Positions 29,282-39,388 of a stretch of 64,000 nt of DNA are shown here, in pieces; the first letter of the stretch is position 1; every line of letters starts with the position of its first letter. The notes beneath the pieces were generated by a model, which was not told the origin of the DNA, searched no databases, and saw only the letters and a list, made by a program, of their open reading frames with translations. Source of the stretch: a virus; IMG/VR virus record IMGVR_UViG_3300027747_002969, positions 1-64,000 of that record. One strand, 5' to 3'. Position numbers and translations under genes: made by a program.

Positions 29282-30040
29282 ATGAGATATCAAAAGCACT
29301 TCCGCACTATCGTAATCAGCGATTTGCATATGGGCAGCGCTGGTTGCAAAGCAAAATTACTTAATGATTTCCTCAAACATCATTCATCGGATTGGCTCTA
29401 TCTCAACGGCGACATATTTGACTGTTGGAAAATAGAACAAAACAAGTGGAATTTTACCAAAACACAGGGCAAGGTCCTGCGACGCCTGCTGAAGATCAGT
29501 CTCGGCAACACCAAAGTAGTATATGTGCTGGGCAATCATGATGATTTTTTCCGCAATTTCATACCATATAAGATTAACCTTGGCAAAATACGAGTGGTAA
29601 ACGAATGCTGTCATGTTGGTCTTGATGGTCGCAGATATTTGGTAACGCATGGTGATCTCTTTGACACAGTCAGCAATCTGCATCGCTGGGTCAGCATGTG
29701 CGGAGACAGCGCCTATACATGGCTGCTGCGCATGAATGGAGCGGTGAATTGGCTGCGCGGCCTTTTTGGTCTGAGATACTGGAGCCTCAGCCACTATCTC
29801 AAAACCAAGGTCAAACGTGCTGTGGATTTTATCTATCGGTTCGAAGAAACTCTAGCCAACTATGCACAGCACAAAAACTATGATGGGGTTATTGTTGGAC
29901 ACATACATGTCCCCGAAATCAAACTCATCAATGATATTGTCTACATGAATTCCGGCGACTGGGTTGAAACCTGCAGCGCATTGGTAGAAGACGAAGAGGG
30001 CAATTGGATGGTGTTGTATTGGTGCTCAGTGGAAGATTGA
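29282..30040 (+). CDS. Calcineurin-like metallophosphoesterase (LpxH-like)
   Basis: SDLH, GDIFD, GNHD, HGD, GHIH, NSGDW. Confidence 0.88.
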   Translation: MRYQKHFRTIVISDLHMGSAGCKAKLLNDFLKHHSSDWLYLNGDIFDCWKIEQNKWNFTKTQGKVLRRLLKISLGNTKVVYVLGNHDDFFRNFIPYKINLGKIRVVNECCHVGLDGRRYLVTHGDLFDTVSNLHRWVSMCGDSAYTWLLRMNGAVNWLRGLFGLRYWSLSHYLKTKVKRAVDFIYRFEETLANYAQHKNYDGVIVGHIHVPEIKLINDIVYMNSGDWVETCSALVEDEEGNWMVLYWCSVED

Positions 30041-30203
30041 TGTTCATTGGTTGATCTTATCGTTTAACTAGACTATCATCAGCTGAAAACAAGAGGTGAT
30101 GTATGGCAATTGAACCAACCACAACGATCTATTCAACTAACAATGACAAAGTCATCTGCAAATATGCCGCTGCACTGAATGATATCTTGTTTGGAGGTCG
30201 GTG

Positions 30204-30581
30204 ATGAATAAAAAGACATTTGTCTATTGTACCTTTCAAAAGGAAGGATACCATTTCTTTCCCGGAGCCGACACTGATCCTCAATATGCCACAGGTGATG
30301 TATACGATGTCAGTGCACTGGGATTTAGGCACATGCACTACTTCAACTTCAAAGTCTGGGTTGAGGTGACTCATGCAAACCGTCAAATTGAGTTTATACA
30401 GCTGCGTAGATGGATTGAGCGTTTATATTCAACTGGTGCTCTCGAACTTGACAATCAAAGTTGCGAAATGATGAGTGACGCATTGTATGAAAAAATCTCC
30501 GCTAGATATCCCGGAATGGAGATCAGGATAGATATCAGCGAAGAAGGTATCAACGGTTCTTACACTGAATATCAACCGTGA
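30204..30581 (+). CDS. QueD-paralog T-fold protein (DpdL-like)
   Basis: LGFRHMHYF (LxxxHxHxF), IEFIQL, SCEMM, ISEEG.NG. Confidence 0.55.
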   Translation: MNKKTFVYCTFQKEGYHFFPGADTDPQYATGDVYDVSALGFRHMHYFNFKVWVEVTHANRQIEFIQLRRWIERLYSTGALELDNQSCEMMSDALYEKISARYPGMEIRIDISEEGINGSYTEYQP

Positions 30582-30798
30582 TATTCAGTGTGAAAGACAA
30601 TCTCGCGCGAAAGCCCGCGAGAGTTTGCTGCGCGGTAGTTCACCATGTCCGACATACAACTGCTGTCACAATATGACCAAACTGTTGTCATCCTGATAGC
30701 AGCTGATATAATACAACAACGATTATCCGGCGAGTATTTCTTGCACAGACGCTGTGAAACGTTGGTGAGTTGAGATTACAAATCACAAGAGAAATAAA

Positions 30799-31914
30799 AT
30801 GACAACAATCTACATCGTGCCAATTGAACCCGTAACCACGCGCTATACAAAACAATGGTATGACCATATTCCAATTCTGTTAGACCGTGCAGGTGCAGAA
30901 CATGTGGTGATCGTAGACGGCGAAGCAGTGTCAGATACGCCAACTCCTGGGGCGTTTTTAGATTTTGCCGCAACAAATCAATGGAAAAGTAGCCAATTGA
31001 TGATCATTGCACAGTTGTTCCGCGAGCAAAAGATACAAGATGGCGACAAGTTCCTCTATACAGACGCATGGAACCCAACATGTATACAACTGCGCTACAT
31101 GGCAGAATTGTTTGGCAAAAAGATTGAAATACATGGTCTTTGGCATGCTGGTAGCTACGATTCGCAAGATTTTCTAGGGAGATTGATCGGTGACAAGCCC
31201 TGGATACGCAATGCCGAGACCAGCATGTTCTACACCTATGACACCAATTGGTTTGCTACGAGATTTCACAGTAATCTTTTTCTGCGTGAAATGTTTGATG
31301 TTGAGATTTTTTTCCGCAAGGATGAAACTGACGAATGGGTTCATCATGCCATAGGGGCTGAACGCCGTAGAATCAAGATCACAGGTTGGCCCATGGATTA
31401 TCTCGTTGATGCACTGAAACCCTACAGCAATCTACAAAAGAAGCAGCAGATCTGTTTCCCACATCGTATTGCACCAGAAAAGCAGTTGGAAATTTTCAAA
31501 GACCTGTCGTTGGTCATGCCCGAGTACAACTGGGTAGTTTGCCAGAATACACCATTGACCAAACATGAATACCATACCATACTTGGTGAGAGCAAGGTTG
31601 TATTTTCAGCCGGTCTACAAGAAACCCTAGGTATTTCTGCATGCGCTGAGGCATCACTGTGTAATGCTATACCATATTGTCCAGACAGACTCAGCTACAG
31701 TGAGATATTCTCAAATCATAAAGAGTTTTTATATCCATCAGAATGGACTGAAAACTGGGAAGGTTATCTTCGACACAGATCAAAGTTGGTAGATCAAATT
31801 AGATCTATCATGAATGGATATGATCAGATGTTGCCAATTATAAAAGATTATAATCAACATACAGTTTCTAAATACTTTAGTGCAGATCCGTTGGTCACTG
31901 CATTGATAGGGTAA
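30799..31914 (+). CDS. GT-B fold glycosyltransferase
   Basis: FPHRIAPEKQ, QETLGISACEA, PDRLSYSE (GT4-like ExxG..xxEA). Confidence 0.75.
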   Translation: MTTIYIVPIEPVTTRYTKQWYDHIPILLDRAGAEHVVIVDGEAVSDTPTPGAFLDFAATNQWKSSQLMIIAQLFREQKIQDGDKFLYTDAWNPTCIQLRYMAELFGKKIEIHGLWHAGSYDSQDFLGRLIGDKPWIRNAETSMFYTYDTNWFATRFHSNLFLREMFDVEIFFRKDETDEWVHHAIGAERRRIKITGWPMDYLVDALKPYSNLQKKQQICFPHRIAPEKQLEIFKDLSLVMPEYNWVVCQNTPLTKHEYHTILGESKVVFSAGLQETLGISACAEASLCNAIPYCPDRLSYSEIFSNHKEFLYPSEWTENWEGYLRHRSKLVDQIRSIMNGYDQMLPIIKDYNQHTVSKYFSADPLVTALIG

Positions 31915-32205
31915 TAGGTGATAACCTCAAGCGAATAAGACAACTTTTGGATTATGACCAAAATCCTGCATGGAAAGCCGTGGGTAGATTTGATTTGCCA
32001 AAGGCATGTCTAGCGATTTGGTGATCAACCTGCCCTAGCAGTAGATTCGTCACAGCTTTTTAATTGTAGAAACCACAGTGCAGCAGCGGAACATTTGCAA
32101 CGCAGTGGATACCATTTGCTCACCCAATATCGCAGCAACGTGGTGTTTGCGCCAAAGACTGTCTAATAGAAAATTGCAGAACCTGTTGTTCTGCAACTAA
32201 ACTGT

Positions 32206-32850
32206 ATGATAGGAGAACTCTCGCACATGTTACCTGCTGTATTCAAAGACCTAGACCGCGGTCTGTTGTGGAAATTGGTCATAATCCAATCACTGCTGAT
32301 CACCATCAGCAACTATTTGGTACACTATAAATTCGCCATACTGGGATGGCCCTTGGCCTGGAGCATATGGTGCACACCACTGTTCATGGTGATCACTGAT
32401 CTGGTCACACGCCTAGTGGGCAAACCACTTGCACGAGCTGTGCTGCTGGCCACTCTGGTGCCGGGCATGCTGGGCACTGCGGTTGGTGCTTGGCTCTATG
32501 GCAGCGGCCTAGTTGATGGCACTCGCCTCACGGTAGCCAGTGGCATCTGTTATCTGCTGCCCATGCTGTTGGATGTCTGGATCTTTGCCTGGCTGCGCCA
32601 TCGTATATCTGCGTGGTATGTAGCACCTGCTGTCAGCGGTGTTGTGACCACCATATTCATGACATATCTGTTTTGGGGTGTGGCATTTGCAGGCGGCAGC
32701 GATCCCTATCTCAGCAGTCATTGGTATGTGTTGGCCACCAGTCAGCTGATCATCAAGAACCTGCTGAATCTCCTGCTGCTGCTGCCGCTGTATGGTGCAC
32801 TGCTGACTTGGCTCACACGCAAATCAGGTGCTAGACATGCAGGAGTATAA
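32206..32850 (+). CDS. yhhQ: YhhQ/VUT-family queuosine-precursor (preQ0/preQ1) transporter-like protein
   Basis: ISNYLV, TDLVTRLVGKPLAR, R..VAS..CY, LDVWIFAWLR..WYVAPAVS; multiple TM helices. Confidence 0.7.
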   Translation: MIGELSHMLPAVFKDLDRGLLWKLVIIQSLLITISNYLVHYKFAILGWPLAWSIWCTPLFMVITDLVTRLVGKPLARAVLLATLVPGMLGTAVGAWLYGSGLVDGTRLTVASGICYLLPMLLDVWIFAWLRHRISAWYVAPAVSGVVTTIFMTYLFWGVAFAGGSDPYLSSHWYVLATSQLIIKNLLNLLLLLPLYGALLTWLTRKSGARHAGV

Positions 32851-33628
32851 TCGATTGTGGGATACCTACAGCAAAAACTGGGATCTGCTGAAAGCACCCA
32901 TGCGGCCCACCACTGCTGTGATCCGTGTGCTGCAGCAGCAGATAGGCGAAGGTCATGTGCTGCAGTTGGGCTGCACTCCTGAGATACATGCGGCGTTTGA
33001 TCACATCACTGCTGTGGACAGAGATCCCAACATGATTGCCACTGTGTGGCCAGGCAACACTGCCACCAAACAGGTGATCAATCAAGACTGGATGCACATG
33101 ATTTGGCCCCACAACACATTTACAGGCATAGTCAGTGACTGTGGTGTGGTCATGCTTGGTACCTTGCAACGACAACAAGAGTTTCTGTCTCGCTGCTGGG
33201 ATTGGCTTGCACCTGGGGGTACCTATGCGCAACGCTACTTTGAGCGCCCCATGGTCAACATCACCTTGGAAGAACTACTGGCTGACATCAGCGGACCAGC
33301 CAAGATCAACTTTCATGCTTTCAAATGGAAGATGGGCATGTATCTGGCAGGTCAACACGGTGCGGCCACTGCCAGTGTGCAGATATTAGATCTGTGGCGT
33401 GAGATCAGCGGCGATCGAGAGGCAGTGTTGGATCGCACAGGTTGGTCTGCTGAAGCGGTGCAGACAGTGGATTTTTATCAGACCAGTGGGCAGGTAGTGA
33501 CATTTGCCAATCGTGAGGAATATGCCAGCACTATACCTGCAGGTGCAGTTGATGTGGAATGGCTCTATACAACAGATTATGATTTTGCAGAACACTGTCC
33601 TATCATGCGCTGGAGAAAGCCGCTGTGA
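32828..33628 (+). CDS. Class I SAM-dependent methyltransferase-like protein
   Basis: VLQLGCTPE, AVDRDPNM, DW, LAPGGT. Confidence 0.7.
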   Translation: MLDMQEYNRLWDTYSKNWDLLKAPMRPTTAVIRVLQQQIGEGHVLQLGCTPEIHAAFDHITAVDRDPNMIATVWPGNTATKQVINQDWMHMIWPHNTFTGIVSDCGVVMLGTLQRQQEFLSRCWDWLAPGGTYAQRYFERPMVNITLEELLADISGPAKINFHAFKWKMGMYLAGQHGAATASVQILDLWREISGDREAVLDRTGWSAEAVQTVDFYQTSGQVVTFANREEYASTIPAGAVDVEWLYTTDYDFAEHCPIMRWRKPL

Positions 33629-34965
33629 ACCTAGAAGGTGTGACATGGCCCAAGATGTATACTGGGCCTAACCTAGTGCTTATGGCGCTGCTGGCCGAGT
33701 TGGACCGCACAATGTGGTTAGATCCTGAAGTCATAGCTGCTGAGCAGTTCAAACAACTGCGTTTGATAATTGCTCATCACACGGCATACAGCCCGCAGTT
33801 TGCTGCTAGAATGCTGGCAGCTGGATTGACAGCTGCTGACATCACTGACGCGGCCAGCCTTCGCCGCCTGCCGCCCTTGCGACGCCTAGACATACAGCGT
33901 GCAGGCGATGGTTTTTACAGTAAACACATACCGCAGAGCCATGGACAACCGGGTGAGACTCGCACCAGTGGTAGCACAGGTGAACCTGTGAAGATACGCA
34001 AGACACAGATTGATGCACTGTTTTGGACTGCACATGCTATAAGAGATCATCTCTGGGCCCGTCGCGATTTTCGCCACCGGTTGCTGAGCATACGTGCTGA
34101 CATCTGGAAGTACGGCGAGTCGCCCAACTGGGGACAGCCCATAGCAGACATCTGGCAGACTGGTCGCAGTATAGGCATGCCGGCTACCTATGATGTACGA
34201 GAACAGTTGCGGATCATCAAAGAATTCCAGCCTGGCATACTGCTGATCTATCCCAACAATCTCAGCATTATCTTGGACGAAATGGCAGCAGATGGCAGCG
34301 ACTTTGGATTTATCAAGCATGTCAAGACCATCGGTGAGACTGTGCACCAGTGGCAGCGTGACAAGACTCGTGCTGTTCTTGGAGTAAAGATAGAAGACAA
34401 CTACAGCAGCAATGAAATGGGCTGCATGGCCATGCAGTGTCCAGACACCGACAACTACCATGTCATGACAGAAACTGTGATAGTAGAGATCATCAATGAT
34501 CAGGATCAGCCCTGTGTACCAGGTGAAGTGGGACGTTTGGTGGTCACTGACCTACACAACCATGCCAGCCCATTGATACGCTATGACATAGGCGACTGGG
34601 CAGAAGCGGGTGAACCCTGCAGATGTGGACGAGGGTTGCCAACTATCAAGCGATTTGTTGGCAGAGAACACAGCATACTTTCACGGCCCGACGGCACTCG
34701 CATCTGGCCCATATTCTATGGCGCCAAAATGAATGACATTGCACCGGTGAGACAGTACCAATTCATACAGCACACACTGACCGGCATGGAATTTCGCTGC
34801 TTTACAGAACAGCCGCTGACTGCAGCGCAGCGTGAAGGACTCATAGCATTAGTACAAGAGGCTCTGGGGTGGCCCTATGATTTAGATCTCATAGAATATC
34901 GCCAGCCTCTGCCAACCACAGCTCGTGGAAAATTTCAAGAATATATCAACCGAATGGCAACATGA
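33625..34965 (+). CDS. Phenylacetate-CoA ligase family (PaaK/CapK-like) adenylate-forming enzyme
   Basis: TSGSTGEP, YSSNE, GRLVVTDL, PLIRYDIGD, CRCGR, GR, GKF. Confidence 0.88.
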   Translation: MNLEGVTWPKMYTGPNLVLMALLAELDRTMWLDPEVIAAEQFKQLRLIIAHHTAYSPQFAARMLAAGLTAADITDAASLRRLPPLRRLDIQRAGDGFYSKHIPQSHGQPGETRTSGSTGEPVKIRKTQIDALFWTAHAIRDHLWARRDFRHRLLSIRADIWKYGESPNWGQPIADIWQTGRSIGMPATYDVREQLRIIKEFQPGILLIYPNNLSIILDEMAADGSDFGFIKHVKTIGETVHQWQRDKTRAVLGVKIEDNYSSNEMGCMAMQCPDTDNYHVMTETVIVEIINDQDQPCVPGEVGRLVVTDLHNHASPLIRYDIGDWAEAGEPCRCGRGLPTIKRFVGREHSILSRPDGTRIWPIFYGAKMNDIAPVRQYQFIQHTLTGMEFRCFTEQPLTAAQREGLIALVQEALGWPYDLDLIEYRQPLPTTARGKFQEYINRMAT

Positions 34966-35140
34966 AAGTGATTTCCTGCATAACAGTTTGGCCATCGCCC
35001 AGTTGCGTAGTTGGACCAAAATAACCTCTGTTATGTGAAAATCTGACATCCTTGTTGTGATGCGTCTGCATCTAACGCGGACATAACTTGATCTTTCAAT
35101 GATCCAGCATCATACTGATGCTAGATAGGAATTATCAACT

Positions 35141-36775
35141 ATGAATCCATTTGAAAACCAGCGCGGTTTAAACAAACAAGCAGTAAACCTTGCAAAATCG
35201 CAAAAAGACTATGCAGTATTTCTACCGTCAATTTCGGCGATCTATGCCAAGATCGTCAGTATGCCGGAATACAAGATACGTGAAAGGCTGCCCGATGGAC
35301 TCAATAATGATAGATTAGACTTAAATTTCCTCAACAAAGACAATAGTTTATTCTACTATCCTGCTGCACTTTATAGTGCAGGCCATGCATATCTAGACGT
35401 TAATGAAAGCAATGTTTACGAAAGCATGGTGCAAAAGCGAGATCGTTCAAGAACGGTGATAATAGGTGACAGTGGCGGATTCCAGATTGCCACAGGCGTA
35501 TTGAAATGGCCATGGACACCAAAGAAAAATCAAGATGATTTAGAATGGGCACGTGACAAGGACAAACTGCGCATGTCGATTTTAAGATGGTTAGAAGCCA
35601 CTGCAGATTATTCGTCTGTGCTCGACGTGCCAACTTACGGTCTTGTTAAATTTGGATTTGATCCTGTCACAGGAGAAAGTCTGCATCCCGGAATGAAGAC
35701 CTTTCGCGACTGTCTCAATGTCAGCCTTGAAAATTATGATTTCTTTATACGAAACAGGGTTGAAGGTGCTACCAAGTTTCTAAACGTGTTGCAGGGTCGC
35801 AACCAAGAAGAAGGCGATGTTTGGTGGGATGCTGTGAAAGACCTGCCGTTTGAAACCTGGGCTTTTTCTAACGTTCAGGCATCAAACTTTTCCATCAACC
35901 TGCGGCGTTTGATCATCATGCGTGATGGCAAGTATTTAGATGGACGCGATTGGCTACACTATCTCGGCAATGGTAAGATCAAAGCCGGTTGTGCATTGAC
36001 CACGCTGCAGCGTGCCATTAGACAGCATATCAATTCCAACATTACACTGAGTTTTGATGCAGCATCGCCGTTTGTGATGGTGGCTAAAGGACAGATGTAT
36101 CATGGGTATGAACTCAGCCACAACAGCATGCGATTCAAAGGTGGCAGCATAGTCGATGACAAACTTTTAAAAAACAGTCAACTGCTGTTGAACGACTGGA
36201 TTTCTGCTAATGATCACAAGGGTTTTATAATTCCCAGTGCCATTGGTTCTCGCTGCACTGTTGGAGATATTTGTGTGCGAGGCTACGAGGATCTTGCCTA
36301 TAAGAAGGTAGCATGGACCAAAAAGGAATTGCAAACTGATGCATATCTCAACAGTCAAGAAGGTCGTGCCGGAGACAAGTTCAAATGGAGTAATGATTAC
36401 AAAGAGTATCTATCACATAGTCGGGATCACGGCGGGCTGTTTGATTTCAGCAGCAGCAAATTTGAACTAGATCATGAGAAATATCAAGTGAAATGGCCCA
36501 GCAGCATGGATGGTTTTTCCTATATCATTGCTATGAACCACAATGTTGAGTTGCATATACGTGCAATTCAAGAAGCCTGTGCAGCACAGGATCTACCTCT
36601 GGCAGCAGCAACAGCACGAGTCACTCCAGATCTGCTGGAATTTAAAGATCTCTGCGGCGAAATATTGACCAGCCAACGACCTATGGATATTATCAACAAG
36701 CATGAGAAACTGCTGCGCAACATTACTGGCATGGATGCGGATAACCAAGTCAACATGGAAGTTGGAGACTTTTGA
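35141..36775 (+). CDS. TGT-fold deazaguanine transglycosylase (DpdA-like)
   Basis: GDSGGFQI, VLDVP, LNVLQG, HYLG, SFDAASP; clustered with folE/queD/queE. Confidence 0.7.
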   Translation: MNPFENQRGLNKQAVNLAKSQKDYAVFLPSISAIYAKIVSMPEYKIRERLPDGLNNDRLDLNFLNKDNSLFYYPAALYSAGHAYLDVNESNVYESMVQKRDRSRTVIIGDSGGFQIATGVLKWPWTPKKNQDDLEWARDKDKLRMSILRWLEATADYSSVLDVPTYGLVKFGFDPVTGESLHPGMKTFRDCLNVSLENYDFFIRNRVEGATKFLNVLQGRNQEEGDVWWDAVKDLPFETWAFSNVQASNFSINLRRLIIMRDGKYLDGRDWLHYLGNGKIKAGCALTTLQRAIRQHINSNITLSFDAASPFVMVAKGQMYHGYELSHNSMRFKGGSIVDDKLLKNSQLLLNDWISANDHKGFIIPSAIGSRCTVGDICVRGYEDLAYKKVAWTKKELQTDAYLNSQEGRAGDKFKWSNDYKEYLSHSRDHGGLFDFSSSKFELDHEKYQVKWPSSMDGFSYIIAMNHNVELHIRAIQEACAAQDLPLAAATARVTPDLLEFKDLCGEILTSQRPMDIINKHEKLLRNITGMDADNQVNMEVGDF

Positions 36776-37302
36776 TGAAACGTGACTATAAAGATGGCAT
36801 CAAGAATGATGTGGTGTTTTTTACCGGAACAGAAGTGGAGCACACGCCTGCATGGGGTCTCAAAACACTGTTTGTAGTTGGTGTTCAACCCATTGAACGT
36901 GTTGCTGCACTGTTTGATCAGCACCGGTGTGAACACATCTATCTTGGTGCCAATCAAAGTTTTGACACAGAAGGTTGGCTAGGTAACATCACTAACAGTG
37001 ATGCCTGGGATAATATGATCAACAGCGTGTTGACAATTGGTTGTTTGACCACGTTGGATTTTGATCTACGGTACGTGGACTGGGTCTGCGAAGGTGGGTA
37101 TGCTGACAATGACCTCTTTATTCCGCAGATATCAGTCAAAATACCTTATCTAAACCAACTGGGTTATAATGCCACGTTGAAAATAGATGATCGTGGTTTT
37201 CGTGCAACCAACCCCGGCGTGTGGTGCCATAGCCTTCATGATCTCACTTCTCGCAGGGAGTTTACAGCTTGGAACCAATACAGTAAGGATCAACCAATAT
37301 GA
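36775..37302 (+). CDS. Hypothetical protein coupled to the DpdA-like gene
   Basis: TGATG stop/start overlap; GTEVEHTP, HIYLGANQSF, NPGVWCH. Confidence 0.65.
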   Translation: MKRDYKDGIKNDVVFFTGTEVEHTPAWGLKTLFVVGVQPIERVAALFDQHRCEHIYLGANQSFDTEGWLGNITNSDAWDNMINSVLTIGCLTTLDFDLRYVDWVCEGGYADNDLFIPQISVKIPYLNQLGYNATLKIDDRGFRATNPGVWCHSLHDLTSRREFTAWNQYSKDQPI

Positions 37303-37733
37303 ATCAACAGACCATAGACTATTTGCAGGATTACAGAAAAAAGACCGCAGATTTAGCCCTGCTAAAATCACAAATACATGTTTTAGAACAGGACCTGATG
37401 AACAAAAATCATCAGGTACAGGATATGTTATATGAAATCGACAGCATGCGCAAGATCATTACTTTGATGATAGACAATGACTGGGATCCAGTAGAGACCA
37501 AACTGCGCAGCGAACCGTCTGAGAGACAAAAAAATCACTGGGGATATGCCAGCGACTACAGTGAACTTTCTCATCTTGCTCATAAGAGCATTAACAACAA
37601 AAATATATACTACAATCATCAAGGGTGTCACTACAGTGGTGCAACCGGGGCAATCGGAGCGCTGGGGTCTAGCAGTGTGCCCAATCCCAGTTATCAAAGT
37701 ACAACCATTATTGCAAAACAAATTACACCTTAA
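37299..37733 (+). CDS. Hypothetical coiled-coil protein
   Basis: ATGA overlap with the upstream gene. Confidence 0.55.
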   Translation: MNQQTIDYLQDYRKKTADLALLKSQIHVLEQDLMNKNHQVQDMLYEIDSMRKIITLMIDNDWDPVETKLRSEPSERQKNHWGYASDYSELSHLAHKSINNKNIYYNHQGCHYSGATGAIGALGSSSVPNPSYQSTTIIAKQITP

Positions 37734-37788
37734 TTGTGTTGTTAAAAACTCCCAGTCTAAACTCTAGTGCAATTGCAAGGACAATATC

Positions 37789-38460
37789 ATGACTGCTACC
37801 AGCATTAAAATACGCAATCGAATTCAAACCAATGGGGGTAAGTTTTTCTGCAACGACAATATCTCTGAATACATGGAACCCGGAGAATTTGACCTGTTGA
37901 TGACAGAAGTCGAGTCTAAGATGCAGGGTGTGTTGGAAAGCCTGGTAATTGACACTGAGAACGATCACAACACACGAGAAACTGCACACAGAGTAGCCAA
38001 GATGTTTTGTACGGAGGTGTTTTCTGGCAGATATCTTCCTCAACCCAAGATCACAGCATTTCCCAACGCCACAGCATATGATGAAGTCTATGTGACTGGA
38101 CCAATTTCTGTAAGATCGACATGTGCTCACCACCTACAGAGCATCAAGGGCCAGTGTTATATTGGTGTGTTCCCAGGCAAGAACGTTATTGGTCTTAGCA
38201 AGTTTAATCGCATGGTAGATTGGATTGCCAGCCGTCCACAGATTCAGGAAGAAATGACCATACAGATTGCCGATCTTGTGGAACGTGAAACTGAAGCCAA
38301 AGGTGTTGCTGTGCTGCTGCAGGCAGAGCACGGATGCATGACCATGCGAGGAGTTAAAGAGCATGATTCTGACATGACCACCAGTGTGATGCGCGGAGTG
38401 TTTCGAGATACTCCGCACATCAAAAAGGAGTTTTTTGACATACTTGCTAGGATGAAATAG
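37789..38460 (+). CDS. folE: GTP cyclohydrolase I
   Basis: TAHRVAKM, STCAHH, GLSKFNR, RPQIQE, HGCMTMRGV. Confidence 0.95.
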   Translation: MTATSIKIRNRIQTNGGKFFCNDNISEYMEPGEFDLLMTEVESKMQGVLESLVIDTENDHNTRETAHRVAKMFCTEVFSGRYLPQPKITAFPNATAYDEVYVTGPISVRSTCAHHLQSIKGQCYIGVFPGKNVIGLSKFNRMVDWIASRPQIQEEMTIQIADLVERETEAKGVAVLLQAEHGCMTMRGVKEHDSDMTTSVMRGVFRDTPHIKKEFFDILARMK

Positions 38461-38511
38461 TGAACTGGCATGAAATGGGTATCACATGTGACAATAGGAA
38501 AGGTAATATAA

Positions 38512-39033
38512 ATGGTTAATCAACCAATCAGTTATAAATTTGTGAGCACCAAAGAATACATAGATGAATTTCCATGTGCCTATCGACAGTATTTGGCAGA
38601 TGACAAACCGGGGAATATTCCTGGTTGTAATAAGATACATGGTTACAGTTTCAGTATAAAATTTTATTTTGGTACCAATTCACTAGATGCACGAAATTGG
38701 GTAGCTGATTATGGGGCACTGCGACCTCTCAAAGATTTTCTGAAAGATCTGTTTGATCATACCTTGTTGGTCAGTGAAACAGACCCTCATTTGGATTGGT
38801 ATCAAGAAGCCATGCGCAGAGGAATCGCTAAACTTACCATTCTCCCCAAATTGGGATGTGAAGGACTGGCAGATATGCTTTACAAATATGTCAACGCTGT
38901 GTTCATACCCGAGCAATGGGGAAGTAACGAATCTGAAAGGATTTGGTGTTACAAAGTGTCTGTTCGAGAAACTCAATCAAACCTAGCATTTCGTGTTGGT
39001 CATAGAGAATGGGACGACGATTTATTTTCTTGA
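38512..39033 (+). CDS. queD: 6-carboxytetrahydropterin synthase
   Basis: CNKIHGY, WVADYG, FDHTLL, GCEGLA, VRET. Confidence 0.85.
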   Translation: MVNQPISYKFVSTKEYIDEFPCAYRQYLADDKPGNIPGCNKIHGYSFSIKFYFGTNSLDARNWVADYGALRPLKDFLKDLFDHTLLVSETDPHLDWYQEAMRRGIAKLTILPKLGCEGLADMLYKYVNAVFIPEQWGSNESERIWCYKVSVRETQSNLAFRVGHREWDDDLFS

Positions 39034-39152
39034 ACATGTTTCACGGTGTTGACGTTTGTAGTTTCCAAACAAGTTGACCACAGTGAACGATGTAGAATTT
39101 CATTGATAGCTGCGGTCGAAAATACAGTTAACCAACATAGGAAAAATGAAAA

Positions 39153-39344
39153 ATGTCTGATAGCAAGTTAGTAGAATCTGATCAAATGGCCACCGTTTAC
39201 CAAGGTCGAGTGGCCAAAGAAGACGGCGAACTGGTGTTGGTATTTCCAGCCAGCATGCTGTTGGACCTTGGTTGGCAAGAAGGTGACAGTGTTGTCTGGG
39301 ATATTCGACCAGACGCAGTGGTAGTCAAAAAGGTCAATGACTGA
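39153..39344 (+). CDS. AbrB/MazE-like small DNA-binding protein
   Basis: LVLVFP..ML..LGWQEGD.VVW. Confidence 0.65.
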   Translation: MSDSKLVESDQMATVYQGRVAKEDGELVLVFPASMLLDLGWQEGDSVVWDIRPDAVVVKKVND

Positions 39345-39388
39345 ATAGGCCAAAATCGATATCTAATGTAGTGTGAATCAGCAACAGG

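Noticed and set aside
31915-32170. Gene or mobile-element end upstream of the YhhQ trio
   Set aside because: Only short broken frames, and no inverted or direct repeat matching the other flank
32174-32205. preQ1 riboswitch upstream of the yhhQ-like gene
   Set aside because: A 9-bp hairpin (ttgcagaac/gttctgcaa) is present, but the loop is too short and the A-rich tail and pseudoknot of preQ1-I are missing
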